From positions 62,586 to 126,585 of the IMG/VR virus record IMGVR_UViG_3300033146_005596: a DNA stretch of 64,000 nucleotides, one strand, 5' to 3'. Both the position numbers and the translations under genes were made by a program. The first letter of the stretch is position 1. Every line of letters starts with the position of its first letter. Source of the stretch: a virus. Of the stretch, positions 1 through 10,013 are shown in pieces. The notes under the pieces are model-generated. The model saw only the letters and a program-made list of their open reading frames with translations, was not told the DNA's origin and did no database searches.

Positions 1-1503
1 AATGATTTAATTTTTAAGGCTTATGGTACCCATAGTTCAAAAGAGTATGATGTTACAGACCAGCTAACGTTTAAAAATGGTAGTACTAAAAACTCTGTTT
101 TGATTTCAAGAAAAAATACTTATATTTCTATATTAGAGAATACTACCTCTATACAGCTAGATAATACTGATGCTATTGAAATTAAAGTATACCATGCTGA
201 AAATTATTATTTATATGATGGTAATGAATTAGCAAGAGCTATTATGGAGCCTGTTGAAACAGAAGCTGAGCTAAAGGCTATAGTAGGTATGACAGATGAT
301 ATTTTAGTTAATTGCCGGGATAAAGGTGTTTATAGCTATAGTAGTACTATTAACCCAGTCTTTACTAGTGAAGAACAAATAGGAAATATAAATAGTCTAG
401 GAAGTGTAACACAGTATATGAGCGCTTTTGTACTAGAGGGGAGCTTAGCAGATGAGACTGATTTTCATGGAGCTATATACAAGTATACAGCTTCAGATAA
501 TTATTATGTTAGACGGCTAAACTATGGAGCTCCTGATATTACTTCAGTTGCAAGCTTGAGTGGAAACGGGTTACTCTGGCCAAAGACTGACTTAGCAGGT
601 GGTGGAGTATACTTTTGGGATTCTAGTGATGGAACAGGAAGCATAAAAAAATGGACTGGTGGCTCAAACTTTACAACAATGCAATCTGCAGCTACTTTGA
701 GTGGATTTGGATTTACAGAAGAGTCTTTTAAGATTCTACAGATAGCAAATGGTTTTTATTATATGGCTTTGAATGATTTTACTGACCCAACAAAAATTAA
801 ATTTGCAAAATGGCCTCTTAATTTTACTTCTCCATCAGAGCTGGTATACTTAACAGGCTTATGCGAGCCAGGTAATAGCTTGGAGCCAGTTACCTTTGCA
901 GTATTGTCTAATGCTAAGATTGTTTATAAAACACAAGTTGCTACTTCTGGAACAACTCAATATAAGACTGTTTCAATTAGTAATGGAGGTACAGCAACTG
1001 ATGTGGATATACCTGGTTTATCTCACTATTTATCTAGTACTACACAACCAGAAATACTTGGTATAAGTAATAAGCAATTTATTTTTGCAGATGAAGATAG
1101 TATGTATGGCTATGATTTAGACACAGACTTGAAAACTGTAGTGGCTGAAAGAGCATTTATAGACAAGGGTATGATTTTAATGAACTATTCAGGGGAATAC
1201 TATACTACTTATACATTTAGTGGTGTAAATCAAGTTCAAAACCGTATTTTTGGTCCTAAGGTTCCATCAGACAGTGGTACTGGTGAGTGGGTTCAGGTGG
1301 CTAGCAAAGACTATCCTACAAGGCTAGATGCGTTGGAAACAATGGATTTATCTGGTCATATTGCAAAAAATGGTGGTGATGTCAATGGTACACAACATGT
1401 TTCTCAAGCAAACATAGATAAGTTAGTAGCATTACCTAAAACAACAGTAAGTACTACTTCTCCAGGAGGTCCCGCTTCAGGTGATATTTGGATAGAAATT
1501 TAG
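1..1503 (+). CDS. Tail fibre / virion structural protein, 5' truncated by the window edge
   Basis: Frame is open from position 1. G/S/T-rich beta-type composition. C-terminal VSTTSPGGPASGDIWIEI resembles tail-fibre motifs. Confidence 0.55.
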   Translation, partial: NDLIFKAYGTHSSKEYDVTDQLTFKNGSTKNSVLISRKNTYISILENTTSIQLDNTDAIEIKVYHAENYYLYDGNELARAIMEPVETEAELKAIVGMTDDILVNCRDKGVYSYSSTINPVFTSEEQIGNINSLGSVTQYMSAFVLEGSLADETDFHGAIYKYTASDNYYVRRLNYGAPDITSVASLSGNGLLWPKTDLAGGGVYFWDSSDGTGSIKKWTGGSNFTTMQSAATLSGFGFTEESFKILQIANGFYYMALNDFTDPTKIKFAKWPLNFTSPSELVYLTGLCEPGNSLEPVTFAVLSNAKIVYKTQVATSGTTQYKTVSISNGGTATDVDIPGLSHYLSSTTQPEILGISNKQFIFADEDSMYGYDLDTDLKTVVAERAFIDKGMILMNYSGEYYTTYTFSGVNQVQNRIFGPKVPSDSGTGEWVQVASKDYPTRLDALETMDLSGHIAKNGGDVNGTQHVSQANIDKLVALPKTTVSTTSPGGPASGDIWIEI

Positions 1504-1515
1504 TATTCTTATTTG

Positions 1516-1544
1516 TAAGAAACTCATAAAATCGCCTTATTATA
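1516..1544 (+). promoter_or_regulatory. Putative middle promoter YWARAAA-N12-CCTTATTATA (representative copy)
   Basis: The same bipartite motif with an exact 12-nt spacer occurs at 17984-18012(-), 20485-20513(-), 22721-22749(-), 33595-33623(+), 36011-36039(+), 48904-48932(-), 49903-49931(+) and 51175-51203(+), each upstream of a gene start. Confidence 0.75.
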
Positions 1545-1563
1545 TATATAAGGAGAAAAGCAA

Positions 1564-1890
1564 ATGAAAATTATTGCAAGTAAAAAAGATTACAAAGAGG
1601 TTAAAAAGGCCTTTGATAAGCGGCATAAAGAATTAAAACAAATGCCAATGGAGCTTATCAAAGGTAATGAAACTAAAATAATTGTACCACAGCCAGAAGA
1701 TGGTAAACCAGGTATTGATTGGATTAAAAATAAGGCTGATGTTATTAACTACTTAACAAATGCGTATTTCCAGATTAAAAAGTTTTGTCCTATCCTACAA
1801 AAGGATTGCATAACAACTGGGTGCCAGTGGTACATTATTGCAAATGGTACAGGAGATTGTAATCAAAACTGGTTGTTTCATAAACAATAA
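1564..1890 (+). CDS. Hypothetical protein with C-terminal Cys cluster
   Basis: AGGAG SD. CPILQKDCITTGCQW...GDC is a putative metal-binding motif. Confidence 0.6.
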   Translation: MKIIASKKDYKEVKKAFDKRHKELKQMPMELIKGNETKIIVPQPEDGKPGIDWIKNKADVINYLTNAYFQIKKFCPILQKDCITTGCQWYIIANGTGDCNQNWLFHKQ

Positions 1891-1913
1891 TAAACAATGA
1901 AGGTGGAAATTGA

Positions 1914-2510
1914 ATGATTAAAGGCACGAAATACTGGAATGATAGTGATAAGTATTACACACAGGAAAATAACCCATTGGATAATATGCTAAGAAAGGCC
2001 AAGGTGAAATTATGGCTTGAGACGTGTGGTCCAACCTCTGCGGTTAACATAGCTTCAAGCATGGGATTACTACCAGAAGTTCCAAAGTATGGTATATATA
2101 GAATGCAACCTGAGTCTGTAGTAATGGATTATTTTAACGACTCTAGGCAATACGGAAAATTTAACTTTGTTCGGGACTTGGACAACAAAAAATGGCTGAA
2201 TAATGAAATACCTCAGTACTATCCTATAATGGCTAATGAGTTATTTGGAATGAAGGCCATATTTGATTTTGGGCTGGTTTGGGACCTGATAACAAGTAAT
2301 CTTGTAGAGGGAAATGGTATACAGCTTTGTTTAAAGAAACCTGGACATTATATTGCAGCTGTTGCATATGATAGTGGTACTAATGAGATTATCTATAATG
2401 ATTCTCATCCATCTAGATTTAAAGACGGAAAAGGTGGGCATAATAGACGTATGACTAAAAAGGAATTTTTAAAAAATGTAAAGCCATATTACATAATTTA
2501 TTACAAATAG
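1914..2510 (+). CDS. C39-like (papain-fold) cysteine peptidase, candidate cell-wall hydrolase
   Basis: TCGPTSA, GHYIAAVAYD and IIYNDS motifs give a Cys/His/Asp triad. Confidence 0.7.
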   Translation: MIKGTKYWNDSDKYYTQENNPLDNMLRKAKVKLWLETCGPTSAVNIASSMGLLPEVPKYGIYRMQPESVVMDYFNDSRQYGKFNFVRDLDNKKWLNNEIPQYYPIMANELFGMKAIFDFGLVWDLITSNLVEGNGIQLCLKKPGHYIAAVAYDSGTNEIIYNDSHPSRFKDGKGGHNRRMTKKEFLKNVKPYYIIYYK

Positions 2511-2514
2511 ACCA

Positions 2515-2542
2515 AAGAGGCTGATTCTTATCAGCCTTTTTT
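2515..2542 (+). terminator. Rho-independent terminator
   Basis: AGGCTGAT/ATCAGCCT stem followed by a T-run. Confidence 0.75.
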
Positions 2543-2580
2543 ATTTGAACTTATTATAATAGTAAGGAGACTAAAACACT

Positions 2581-3348
2581 ATGAAACTAACTAAAAAAGA
2601 AATGGAATTCGCTGTTAAAACATACGAAGATGTTCGCTACGCTAAAAGAGGGCTTATGTTTAAGAAGTCTAAGAAGAAAAGAAAAGACCCTTCTAAAATA
2701 AAAGGTGTTGTAGATTTTTATGAGTTTGGTAATGCCCAAGCTGCCCATGTTAAAAAAGGTAAATTAAATATTATAATGACAATGGGGTCTAACGAACTAC
2801 TAGACTGGATTATGGATTTTAGTATTTCATTCAAAAAAGTACCATATAAAAAGCCGGACCAGAAGTCTAAAGTACGAGTTCATAACGGATTTTTAAAATC
2901 TTATATGAACATGCGAGGCTGGGTACACGAGATTGTTAAAGGGCTAGAAGACGGAGATAAGCTCTTAATCCAAGGGCATTCAATGGGTGCTGCTATGAGC
3001 ACTTTAATGGCCATTGATATAGATTATAATTTTCCAGGCAAACTAAAAACAGATGTAATTCTAACAGGTTCACCTCGTGTTGGAAATAAGCATTTTGTAG
3101 AATCCTATAATAAAAGAGTTGGTGCTATTACTACAAGATTTGTGTATAAGTCAGATTTGGTACCTCTAGTTCCTTTCAAGTTCTTAGGCTTTAAGCATGT
3201 TGTAACTGAAACTCATTTAGGGAAAAAAAGGATTATGTTCAGCATACTAAACCATATTATGAGAAAGGGTTATAATAATGTTCTAGTAGCTGGTTATGCA
3301 GAAGCCAAGACAAACAAAAAGAGGGACAGTAATGGCTCAAAAAGCTAA
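2581..3348 (+). CDS. Class 3 lipase (alpha/beta hydrolase)
   Basis: VHNGF, GHSMG nucleophile elbow, GSPRVGN and DLVP motifs. Confidence 0.88.
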   Translation: MKLTKKEMEFAVKTYEDVRYAKRGLMFKKSKKKRKDPSKIKGVVDFYEFGNAQAAHVKKGKLNIIMTMGSNELLDWIMDFSISFKKVPYKKPDQKSKVRVHNGFLKSYMNMRGWVHEIVKGLEDGDKLLIQGHSMGAAMSTLMAIDIDYNFPGKLKTDVILTGSPRVGNKHFVESYNKRVGAITTRFVYKSDLVPLVPFKFLGFKHVVTETHLGKKRIMFSILNHIMRKGYNNVLVAGYAEAKTNKKRDSNGSKS

Positions 3349-3793
3349 AGACCTTTTATGGAGGATTTTCACTAATGAAAAAACATACATTATTATCCTT
3401 GTTATTCTTGTTGTTGGTGCCATTGCTTTTGGTATCACAACAGGAGTCGGATATTTCAAACAAAAAAGATTTATTAACCAGCTCTCAGAGTACTCAATCC
3501 AATACCAAACAGAAATTGATGGACTTGCTAAATCAAATGCAAAACTTAAACAGTCAAATAGACAGTTCAGTTCAGCAAACACAAGACTTAGAAACTCAAA
3601 CTCAAAGTATGAGCAGCTTAATTCAAGATTACAATCAACTAATGAGCGACTACTCAGCACTACAGGAAGATTACAATCTGAGCTTAGAGGAGTCCAAGAA
3701 ACTTCAAGAAAGCTACGAGAGACTAACCTTGAGTTACAAGCAAATGGAAGAGAGTTACAAAAAGTCCTTGAGCAAATTATCTCAGACTACTAA
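3332..3793 (+). CDS. Membrane-anchored coiled-coil protein (i-spanin-like)
   Basis: ATG 3332 follows a GAGGG SD. One N-terminal TM helix, then a heptad-rich coiled coil. Confidence 0.6.
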   Translation: MAQKAKDLLWRIFTNEKTYIIILVILVVGAIAFGITTGVGYFKQKRFINQLSEYSIQYQTEIDGLAKSNAKLKQSNRQFSSANTRLRNSNSKYEQLNSRLQSTNERLLSTTGRLQSELRGVQETSRKLRETNLELQANGRELQKVLEQIISDY

Positions 3794-3977
3794 AGAGTTA
3801 ACACTAGAGATTGAAGCTAGAAAAAAAGAGCTTGAACATGAGTTAGCTACTAAAGAAAAGATAATAATAGCGGCATCAGTAGTGGGTGGCCTTCTTATAA
3901 TAGGAACTATAACATACATAGCTATTAAAGAAACATCCAATACAGATAACCCAAATATAATAATTATGAATGAATGA
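3375..3977 (+). CDS. Overlapping-frame coiled-coil protein with N-terminal signal peptide and C-terminal TM helix
   Basis: Own GGAGG SD at 3360-3364, MKK-hydrophobic leader, coiled coil, C-terminal IIIAASVVGGLLIIGTITYIAI. Confidence 0.65.
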   Translation: MKKHTLLSLLFLLLVPLLLVSQQESDISNKKDLLTSSQSTQSNTKQKLMDLLNQMQNLNSQIDSSVQQTQDLETQTQSMSSLIQDYNQLMSDYSALQEDYNLSLEESKKLQESYERLTLSYKQMEESYKKSLSKLSQTTKELTLEIEARKKELEHELATKEKIIIAASVVGGLLIIGTITYIAIKETSNTDNPNIIIMNE

Positions 3978-3989
3978 GGAGAGCATTAA

Positions 3990-4283
3990 ATGGCACAAAA
4001 ATACGGAAATAACCGGAAGTATAAATCAGCTAATATTGAGCTAAGGGCAGCGAATAGCTATATGTTTGAGTTTAACTCTTATCCAATATCAACTGAAAAC
4101 ATTATGCTAACAAATGATTCTGTATCAAATAGTATAGAGCTAAATTTTGATTCAAAGTACAACGATGAGTGGATAACAATAAAAGCAGGGGAAGTCCTAT
4201 CAATAGAAGGTCACTTTGAAGAGCTAACAGTTAAATCACAGTCAGTAGATGCAGAAGCTCGTCTACTAGTACTAGGAATTTGA
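3990..4283 (+). CDS. Small beta-rich protein, probably virion-associated
   Basis: GAGGAG SD. Directly upstream of the fibre gene. Confidence 0.5.
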   Translation: MAQKYGNNRKYKSANIELRAANSYMFEFNSYPISTENIMLTNDSVSNSIELNFDSKYNDEWITIKAGEVLSIEGHFEELTVKSQSVDAEARLLVLGI

Positions 4284-4284
4284 T

Positions 4285-6636
4285 ATGTCCAAAATAATAT
4301 TCACAAGAGCAAAGTACACTTCCCAAAATGCAGCTATAAACCTGGCTGTAGAAACGTATGCTGAACTTCCTAGTGGAGTTATAGCTGGTACAACAGGCTT
4401 AGTAAAAACGTCAACAGGCACAAAATGGCTACTAACATTCAAAGCTGCTGGATTATACATGTATGATGGTACTAACTGGTCGAAAATTAGTAAAAATATA
4501 AAATATTCTCAGATTGCAAGTCAACTTGAATCACTATGGCAGCCTGCCTCTGAAGTAGGCCCAAGCTTATACCCCGTTACAACAATTATAAACTATAATG
4601 GAAAACCATATACTAACTTCACAGGAGTCAATACTAACTTGAATCCTGAGCTTGACCAAGAAAACTGGCAAACAGTAATAGTATCCGTTTGGAATGAGTA
4701 CTACCATTATAAAAAAGGAATGCGAGCAATAGGCTCTGATAACAACACATATGTTGCATATAATGATAATGTTGGGAGTAATCCAACAAATGACTTGGAC
4801 AATGATTGGGGAATATTTTATATTATTGATGGACAGGTGGATACTTTCGCAGAGCTACCAGACTATTCCCAAGTGCAAGGGCAAAAATACTCAGTTAAAC
4901 AAACAGGTGGACTATACCTAGCTACTCCATTTAAATGGAGCTTTGTGGGAGAGGGTACAACTGGGACTTTTAGTATGCAATCAAGTGGAATTGTACCAAT
5001 TCCTTACGTTAAAAAGTTTTTAGAGCCTACCTTTTCTGGTAATACCATGCTAATGAGTGGTATTGGTACCGGGTCCATTACCTATAATGAGTTCTGGATT
5101 TTTAAAGCTAGCTTACTAAGTACTTTGCAGTCACCATTTATTAAGGTTAATGCTGGAGAATTTCCCATTCCACCTAGCATTTTTGCAGGTGTTGGAGCAA
5201 ATAATGTTATAGCTTATCTTGTATTTCTAAAGAATGACTTAACTTTGGGTTTATCTGAAGAAGATGTCAATCCAACGGATAGTACTATTATAAAGCTGGG
5301 TATTACTGTAGTATCTAATTCTTCAATAGCTTTATTGCAAACAGTACCTTGGGCAAGTACAACCACTAGTAGAGAAAGAATCGAAGGCCCAGAACTACTT
5401 AATATGGTAGTAGACGGACTAATTGGTCGGGAGTTGGCTCATCAGCAATACTCAGTAGTTCAAGAGGGTATAAATTATGAAATCAATTCATCTTTTGTTT
5501 GGAAAAAGGATATATTACAAGCGGAGCCACTAGAATGGAAGCCTTGGTGGTCTGGTGCAAACTTACTCGATGTATTCATGGAGCCAACGTTCACAGAAGT
5601 AGAAACTAAATATGATTTAAATGGTACTTTAACTGAGCTGTCTACTGATAAATGGGGTATATTTCGCTTAGTAGTAAGCCCAGCAACAGGTTTATTTGCA
5701 TTGGTCTATGGAAAACATCAATTTGATTCTAGGACAGAAGCAAAAGCTGCCTCAGTTCAATCTTTTGAGTTTGAAACTTTTCCGTTTACAAGTATGCTAG
5801 AGGTTGGACGATTCATAGTAAAAGAAGGTTGTGTTTCTTTTAGAGATTACAGTACTTTTGAATGGGTATCTGGAGTAGAGGGCTCAGCCACAGGTATACA
5901 AATAACAGCTCATAATAGCCTGAATGAAATACAAGGCGGTATTGCTGGTGAGAGATTTCACCTAGACCAAGCAGAATATATTAATAGAGATAGTAGACTA
6001 CGAAATAATTGGCAACCATTTGATGGAACTTCAGGTAGCACTTATGCTCTAAATTGTATGGTTAACTACTTGGGTAAGATTTATAAAAATATAACTGGTA
6101 CAAATACTCCAACCTCACCAGCAGCTGATACTACTAACTGGGTAGCTTTTGAGCATTTATCACCAAGCCAATTTGATGGGCTAGTTGCTATGCTAAAGGA
6201 TCTAGAGCCTGTCGGTACTATAGTCTCATCACTTCTAACAGAGTCTCAGTTCATTGCTGCAAAAAATAATAATGGTAAATGGGTAATGATGAAAGGGCAG
6301 AACATTGGGGGTTCAGACTTTTCAAACATTACAGGTATTACCTCACTTCCAAGCCAAGATGCTGAAAATGGAATGCACTTAAGAGGTGCAAACGGCCGTA
6401 CACTAGGAGCAACTGAGAACGGACAGACTAATAATATTGATAAGCTTTCTACTACTTGGGACTCAAACCAACCTGAAGGTGAAGTAGTTGTACCTGATAA
6501 TGGTGCTTGGATAGGTAGGAAGAGCCTAATCTCATACTGGGCAGCAGGTGATTCAACAACATGGCTTAAAAAGAAAGGTATCGAGACGAGAGTACCTAAC
6601 ATAGCTGTTAATTACTTTATTAAGATAAATAAATAG
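4285..6636 (+). CDS. Tail fibre / receptor-binding protein
   Basis: Short carbohydrate-binding-like repeats (W...Y..G.....G..Y) and a C-terminal tail-collar-like domain (PVGTIVSS...LRG...ETRVPNIAVNYFIK). Confidence 0.7.
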   Translation: MSKIIFTRAKYTSQNAAINLAVETYAELPSGVIAGTTGLVKTSTGTKWLLTFKAAGLYMYDGTNWSKISKNIKYSQIASQLESLWQPASEVGPSLYPVTTIINYNGKPYTNFTGVNTNLNPELDQENWQTVIVSVWNEYYHYKKGMRAIGSDNNTYVAYNDNVGSNPTNDLDNDWGIFYIIDGQVDTFAELPDYSQVQGQKYSVKQTGGLYLATPFKWSFVGEGTTGTFSMQSSGIVPIPYVKKFLEPTFSGNTMLMSGIGTGSITYNEFWIFKASLLSTLQSPFIKVNAGEFPIPPSIFAGVGANNVIAYLVFLKNDLTLGLSEEDVNPTDSTIIKLGITVVSNSSIALLQTVPWASTTTSRERIEGPELLNMVVDGLIGRELAHQQYSVVQEGINYEINSSFVWKKDILQAEPLEWKPWWSGANLLDVFMEPTFTEVETKYDLNGTLTELSTDKWGIFRLVVSPATGLFALVYGKHQFDSRTEAKAASVQSFEFETFPFTSMLEVGRFIVKEGCVSFRDYSTFEWVSGVEGSATGIQITAHNSLNEIQGGIAGERFHLDQAEYINRDSRLRNNWQPFDGTSGSTYALNCMVNYLGKIYKNITGTNTPTSPAADTTNWVAFEHLSPSQFDGLVAMLKDLEPVGTIVSSLLTESQFIAAKNNNGKWVMMKGQNIGGSDFSNITGITSLPSQDAENGMHLRGANGRTLGATENGQTNNIDKLSTTWDSNQPEGEVVVPDNGAWIGRKSLISYWAAGDSTTWLKKKGIETRVPNIAVNYFIKINK

Positions 6637-6691
6637 CTAATAACTTTTTTATGGAAGCAACTAAACTAGTTATAGTAAAAAGGAGATAATT

Positions 6692-7342
6692 GTGAAAGGT
6701 TTTATGATTTTTAGTTCAGTAGTTATATCATTATATATGATAGCTTATTTGAGTTTAGCTCTAGGTGGTATATTCTATCTAATAAACAAAAAGAAAAGCT
6801 CAAGGAGGCTAAGCTATGGTATTAGCTGGTTATTGAGAATATCTATGTTAATTCGTAGTTCCCCTATTTTAGTGATAACTATGCTAACCCATCTGTTTAT
6901 AGAGGAGTCATCTATGCAGAATCTATTTACAACAGAAAACTTCGGGGGAGTTAAAGTCTATTTTTTTAGATATGAAAAGCTAAATAAATTACAATCTCTT
7001 TTTAGTGGAGCTTCTATATTTCATATATTTTTACCTCACTACTTCCGAATAGAAGAGAATGAAAATACTAAAGAGGGTTTTAAAGCTATAACTATAAGAC
7101 ATGAATATGGTCATTTTTTACAGTTAGCTATTCTAGGTGGATGGTTGTATCTATTTTTAATTGCTATACCATCTATTACTAATAATCTAAGAGACCGAAA
7201 AAATAAGCTTAAAAAAGATTATTATGAATATTTCTGGGAAGCTTGGGCTGATAAGCTAGGTGGAATTATTCATGTTTATACAACTAATTCCCAAGGGGGA
7301 AGGAGAATCCTCCGGAAAATAAAGGTCAAAACTAAAAATTAG
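6692..7342 (+). CDS. Membrane protein with zincin-like HExxH motif
   Basis: RHEYGH plus downstream WEAWAD. Several hydrophobic segments. Confidence 0.55.
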   Translation: MKGFMIFSSVVISLYMIAYLSLALGGIFYLINKKKSSRRLSYGISWLLRISMLIRSSPILVITMLTHLFIEESSMQNLFTTENFGGVKVYFFRYEKLNKLQSLFSGASIFHIFLPHYFRIEENENTKEGFKAITIRHEYGHFLQLAILGGWLYLFLIAIPSITNNLRDRKNKLKKDYYEYFWEAWADKLGGIIHVYTTNSQGGRRILRKIKVKTKN

Positions 7343-7350
7343 TTTATAGT

Positions 7351-7391
7351 AAAAGCCATAACCCTTGTTTATTTCTAGGGTTATGGCTTTT
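7351..7391. terminator. Terminator hairpin
   Basis: AAAAGCCATAACCCT / AGGGTTATGGCTTTT perfect 15-bp inverted repeat. Confidence 0.8.
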
Positions 7392-7454
7392 CTAGCTAAA
7401 CTTATAAAAAGTACTTATTATATATCAAATAGAGAGTTAAGAGGGTGGTTAATT

Positions 7455-7712
7455 ATGATGCAAGGCGAGGAACAAGAGGTTATTTGTAAAGAAACTTTAA
7501 ATCCTTCAAAAAAATTAAAAAAAATAGGATTTCTTTCTGACCCTTTTAACAAGCGGAGTAGTGGCCGGTTAATTAAGCTAGGCAGCTGGTTTTTTGCAGT
7601 TGGTATAACTATATATGGTATAATAACTAGGCAGGATGTAATTCTGTATGTAACAGCTTTTTTAACATTGGCAGCAGCTAATGAAATAACTTCAAAGGTG
7701 ACAAACAAGTAA
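7455..7712 (+). CDS. Small two-TM protein, holin-like
   Basis: SSGRL followed by two hydrophobic helices. Start moved to the ATG after the GAGGGTGG SD. Confidence 0.5.
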   Translation: MMQGEEQEVICKETLNPSKKLKKIGFLSDPFNKRSSGRLIKLGSWFFAVGITIYGIITRQDVILYVTAFLTLAAANEITSKVTNK

Positions 7713-8644
7713 TGGATAGTTTTTTTTCTCTTAGCCCCGAGCAAAAAATATTAGTGTTTGCAATGACAGTAGTTTTAGGTGGTTTAATTATAGGCGGCAT
7801 ATCATTCCTAATAGTTTTAATAATAAAAACTTCTTCAAAGTATAAAACGAGGATAGGGCTAGGTAAATCAGGAATTTCTGTAGATGGTGGTATTCAAGGC
7901 TCTAGCTCTCCTTTAAGTAAAGACCCATATTTTTTGGAAGTTTTAACCAAAAAGGATAAGCAAATTTCTGGTCTTTACGTAGATATAGATATTATAAAAA
8001 ATAAAATGCTGGCTATGGAACTAGACGTTATCAAGCGGTCTTATGAAACAGATGAGTTAAAAGTTAAACGCCCTCTAAAAGAGCATCCACTTATAGCTAA
8101 TCTGCAAAATATTATAAATAATGGCCCAGAAATATCCGATTCTGATATTAGAAATAAAAGTAATCTTCAAATTAAGTTTGATATTTTTAAGGCGGTAATG
8201 ATTTTTAGAAATAAAGTTATGCTAGACTTAGTTTTAGAAGTTCTAAATGAGCTGGAAAAGCCCAACTTACAGGATATAGATAAAGATGAAATACTTTCTA
8301 AAATTCCTACGATATACCAAGACTGGAATGCTAAAACAATAGATGATATTTCTAGCTTACCAATTAAACTAACCAACGGAAGTATTTTAAATGGGGCTCC
8401 ACAATGCTTTATGAAAAAGTTTAATATCTGGGATGATACCCATTCAAAAGCTTTTTTCATTAAAATGAAAGATGTCATGACTTCTGAGTTTTATAAAACA
8501 TGGAAGATTAAATTTATTTTAATAATGGACGTTTTAGATGTCCTAAGTCAACACTCTTCTATGGAAGCAAAACATACATTAAGTGTGTTAAATGGTGAAT
8601 TAGATACGGAACTAAAAAAATCTTTAGGAGATAAATATAAATAA
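7712..8644 (+). CDS. Membrane-anchored hypothetical protein
   Basis: N-terminal TM helix. Start abuts the stop of the holin-like gene. Confidence 0.55.
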   Translation: MDSFFSLSPEQKILVFAMTVVLGGLIIGGISFLIVLIIKTSSKYKTRIGLGKSGISVDGGIQGSSSPLSKDPYFLEVLTKKDKQISGLYVDIDIIKNKMLAMELDVIKRSYETDELKVKRPLKEHPLIANLQNIINNGPEISDSDIRNKSNLQIKFDIFKAVMIFRNKVMLDLVLEVLNELEKPNLQDIDKDEILSKIPTIYQDWNAKTIDDISSLPIKLTNGSILNGAPQCFMKKFNIWDDTHSKAFFIKMKDVMTSEFYKTWKIKFILIMDVLDVLSQHSSMEAKHTLSVLNGELDTELKKSLGDKYK

Positions 8645-9123
8645 TGAAAAGACTAATGACAGAAGTAGAGCAAAAGGTATATAATAGATTCTTTGAAGAC
8701 GGAGAGAGTGGTGGTTCACCTATAGGTCAGACATCTGCTAATATGGCAAGTTTAACACCTGAAAACTTAATCAGTGTTGTAGATGTAAACAAGAATAAGA
8801 AAACGTTTAAAGACACCTCAAAATATCCTGGTACCACCTACCAAGAAGATGAAGATTTTGGTGCTAATCTAGCAAATAGTTTAAGTCCTATTATTAAAAA
8901 AGTAATGTATGGGCAAGAGCTATATGACCCAAGTGCAATAGAAGCAAAACTAAAAAGTGATTATGGAGTGTCCGGTGATTCTGTTTCAGCTTTAATACAA
9001 AATGAGGTTAATGCTTTTAATAATGCAACTTTACAAGACGGTGAAACAGCTCAAGTACAAAATGTTGCAACAGCAGACGTTCCAGAGTCTCAGCAACAGC
9101 AAACAGTCCTAGGAACAGGTTAA
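8644..9123 (+). CDS. Hypothetical protein, candidate head protein
   Basis: N-terminal MKRLMTE...FFE resembles prohead-protease processing motifs. Confidence 0.45.
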   Translation: MKRLMTEVEQKVYNRFFEDGESGGSPIGQTSANMASLTPENLISVVDVNKNKKTFKDTSKYPGTTYQEDEDFGANLANSLSPIIKKVMYGQELYDPSAIEAKLKSDYGVSGDSVSALIQNEVNAFNNATLQDGETAQVQNVATADVPESQQQQTVLGTG

Positions 9124-9130
9124 TATTCTT

Positions 9131-9658
9131 ATGAGGCATTTCCAAGCAAGGCTTATGGCAAAGCATGACAATATAAAACGCAAAATGTTTGATAATTCTA
9201 TGAAGTGGGTAGGTAATACAATTGACATGATTAGAGTTAAAACAGAGTTAACTCATCAGGGAGATATAGAATCCCGCGAAATTATAAAAGCAGACACCTT
9301 AGAAATTGTCATGCCGACCTTAAAAGACATACCCCTAAGAAGAGTAACAAAAGAAGGGTCTGGGTTTACAATGGACTCTATATCATCTCTAGACGACGAG
9401 ACTCAAGGCGTAGAAGTGCATGCGCCAATGTCTTCAGATGTAACTAGAGATGATTTGTTATTTTGGGTTATGTACGATGAAAATGTAGATTTACCTATTG
9501 TGCTTTGTTTAGAAGTTAAAGACATACTAGGAACTTTTGGAGGCCATGAACTTCTTTATCAGAAATTCAAGACCTCCTACTTTAACGAAACATTGCCAAC
9601 TAAAATAATACAACTTTTAATAGATGCTACAGAGCGAAGAAACAAAGTAAACTTTTAA
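9131..9658 (+). CDS. Hypothetical virion protein (head-closure-like)
   Basis: Beta-rich 175-aa protein at the end of a late operon. Fold assignment is an inference. Confidence 0.35.
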   Translation: MRHFQARLMAKHDNIKRKMFDNSMKWVGNTIDMIRVKTELTHQGDIESREIIKADTLEIVMPTLKDIPLRRVTKEGSGFTMDSISSLDDETQGVEVHAPMSSDVTRDDLLFWVMYDENVDLPIVLCLEVKDILGTFGGHELLYQKFKTSYFNETLPTKIIQLLIDATERRNKVNF

Positions 9659-9662
9659 GAGA

Positions 9663-9995
9663 CTACAAAAATAGTTTCATTTTAAGTTCAGTACTAAGCT
9701 TCAATGCTACTATTGGATAATTTCTAATTAGCTTTACATTATCTGAATAATTCCATAATGGCTCCTTATAATAAATATCACAGACTATTTGAGTTGCATC
9801 TGAAAAAATATCCTTTATCTCATGGATATTTTCGACTTTTTGAATTTTCAGGTTAGCTCTTCTGACCTTTAAATCAGGTAGTATAAATCCAGTATAGTCT
9901 TCAACAGAATTTTCATATAAAAGGCTGACACCCTCTGCCCTATTTGCCACAATTGATTTAAAAAAGGTTTGCTTATTTTTGTTTATATCACTCAT
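9663..9995 (-). CDS. Hypothetical early protein
   Basis: AAGGAG SD and early-type promoter motif. Confidence 0.6.
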   Translation of the reverse strand: MSDINKNKQTFFKSIVANRAEGVSLLYENSVEDYTGFILPDLKVRRANLKIQKVENIHEIKDIFSDATQIVCDIYYKEPLWNYSDNVKLIRNYPIVALKLSTELKMKLFL

Positions 9996-10013
9996 ATTTT
10001 GTCTCCTTACAAA

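Noticed and set aside
7365-7454. TTG-initiated N-terminal extension of the holin-like ORF
   Set aside because: It starts inside a terminator hairpin. A late motif and an SD point to ATG 7455.
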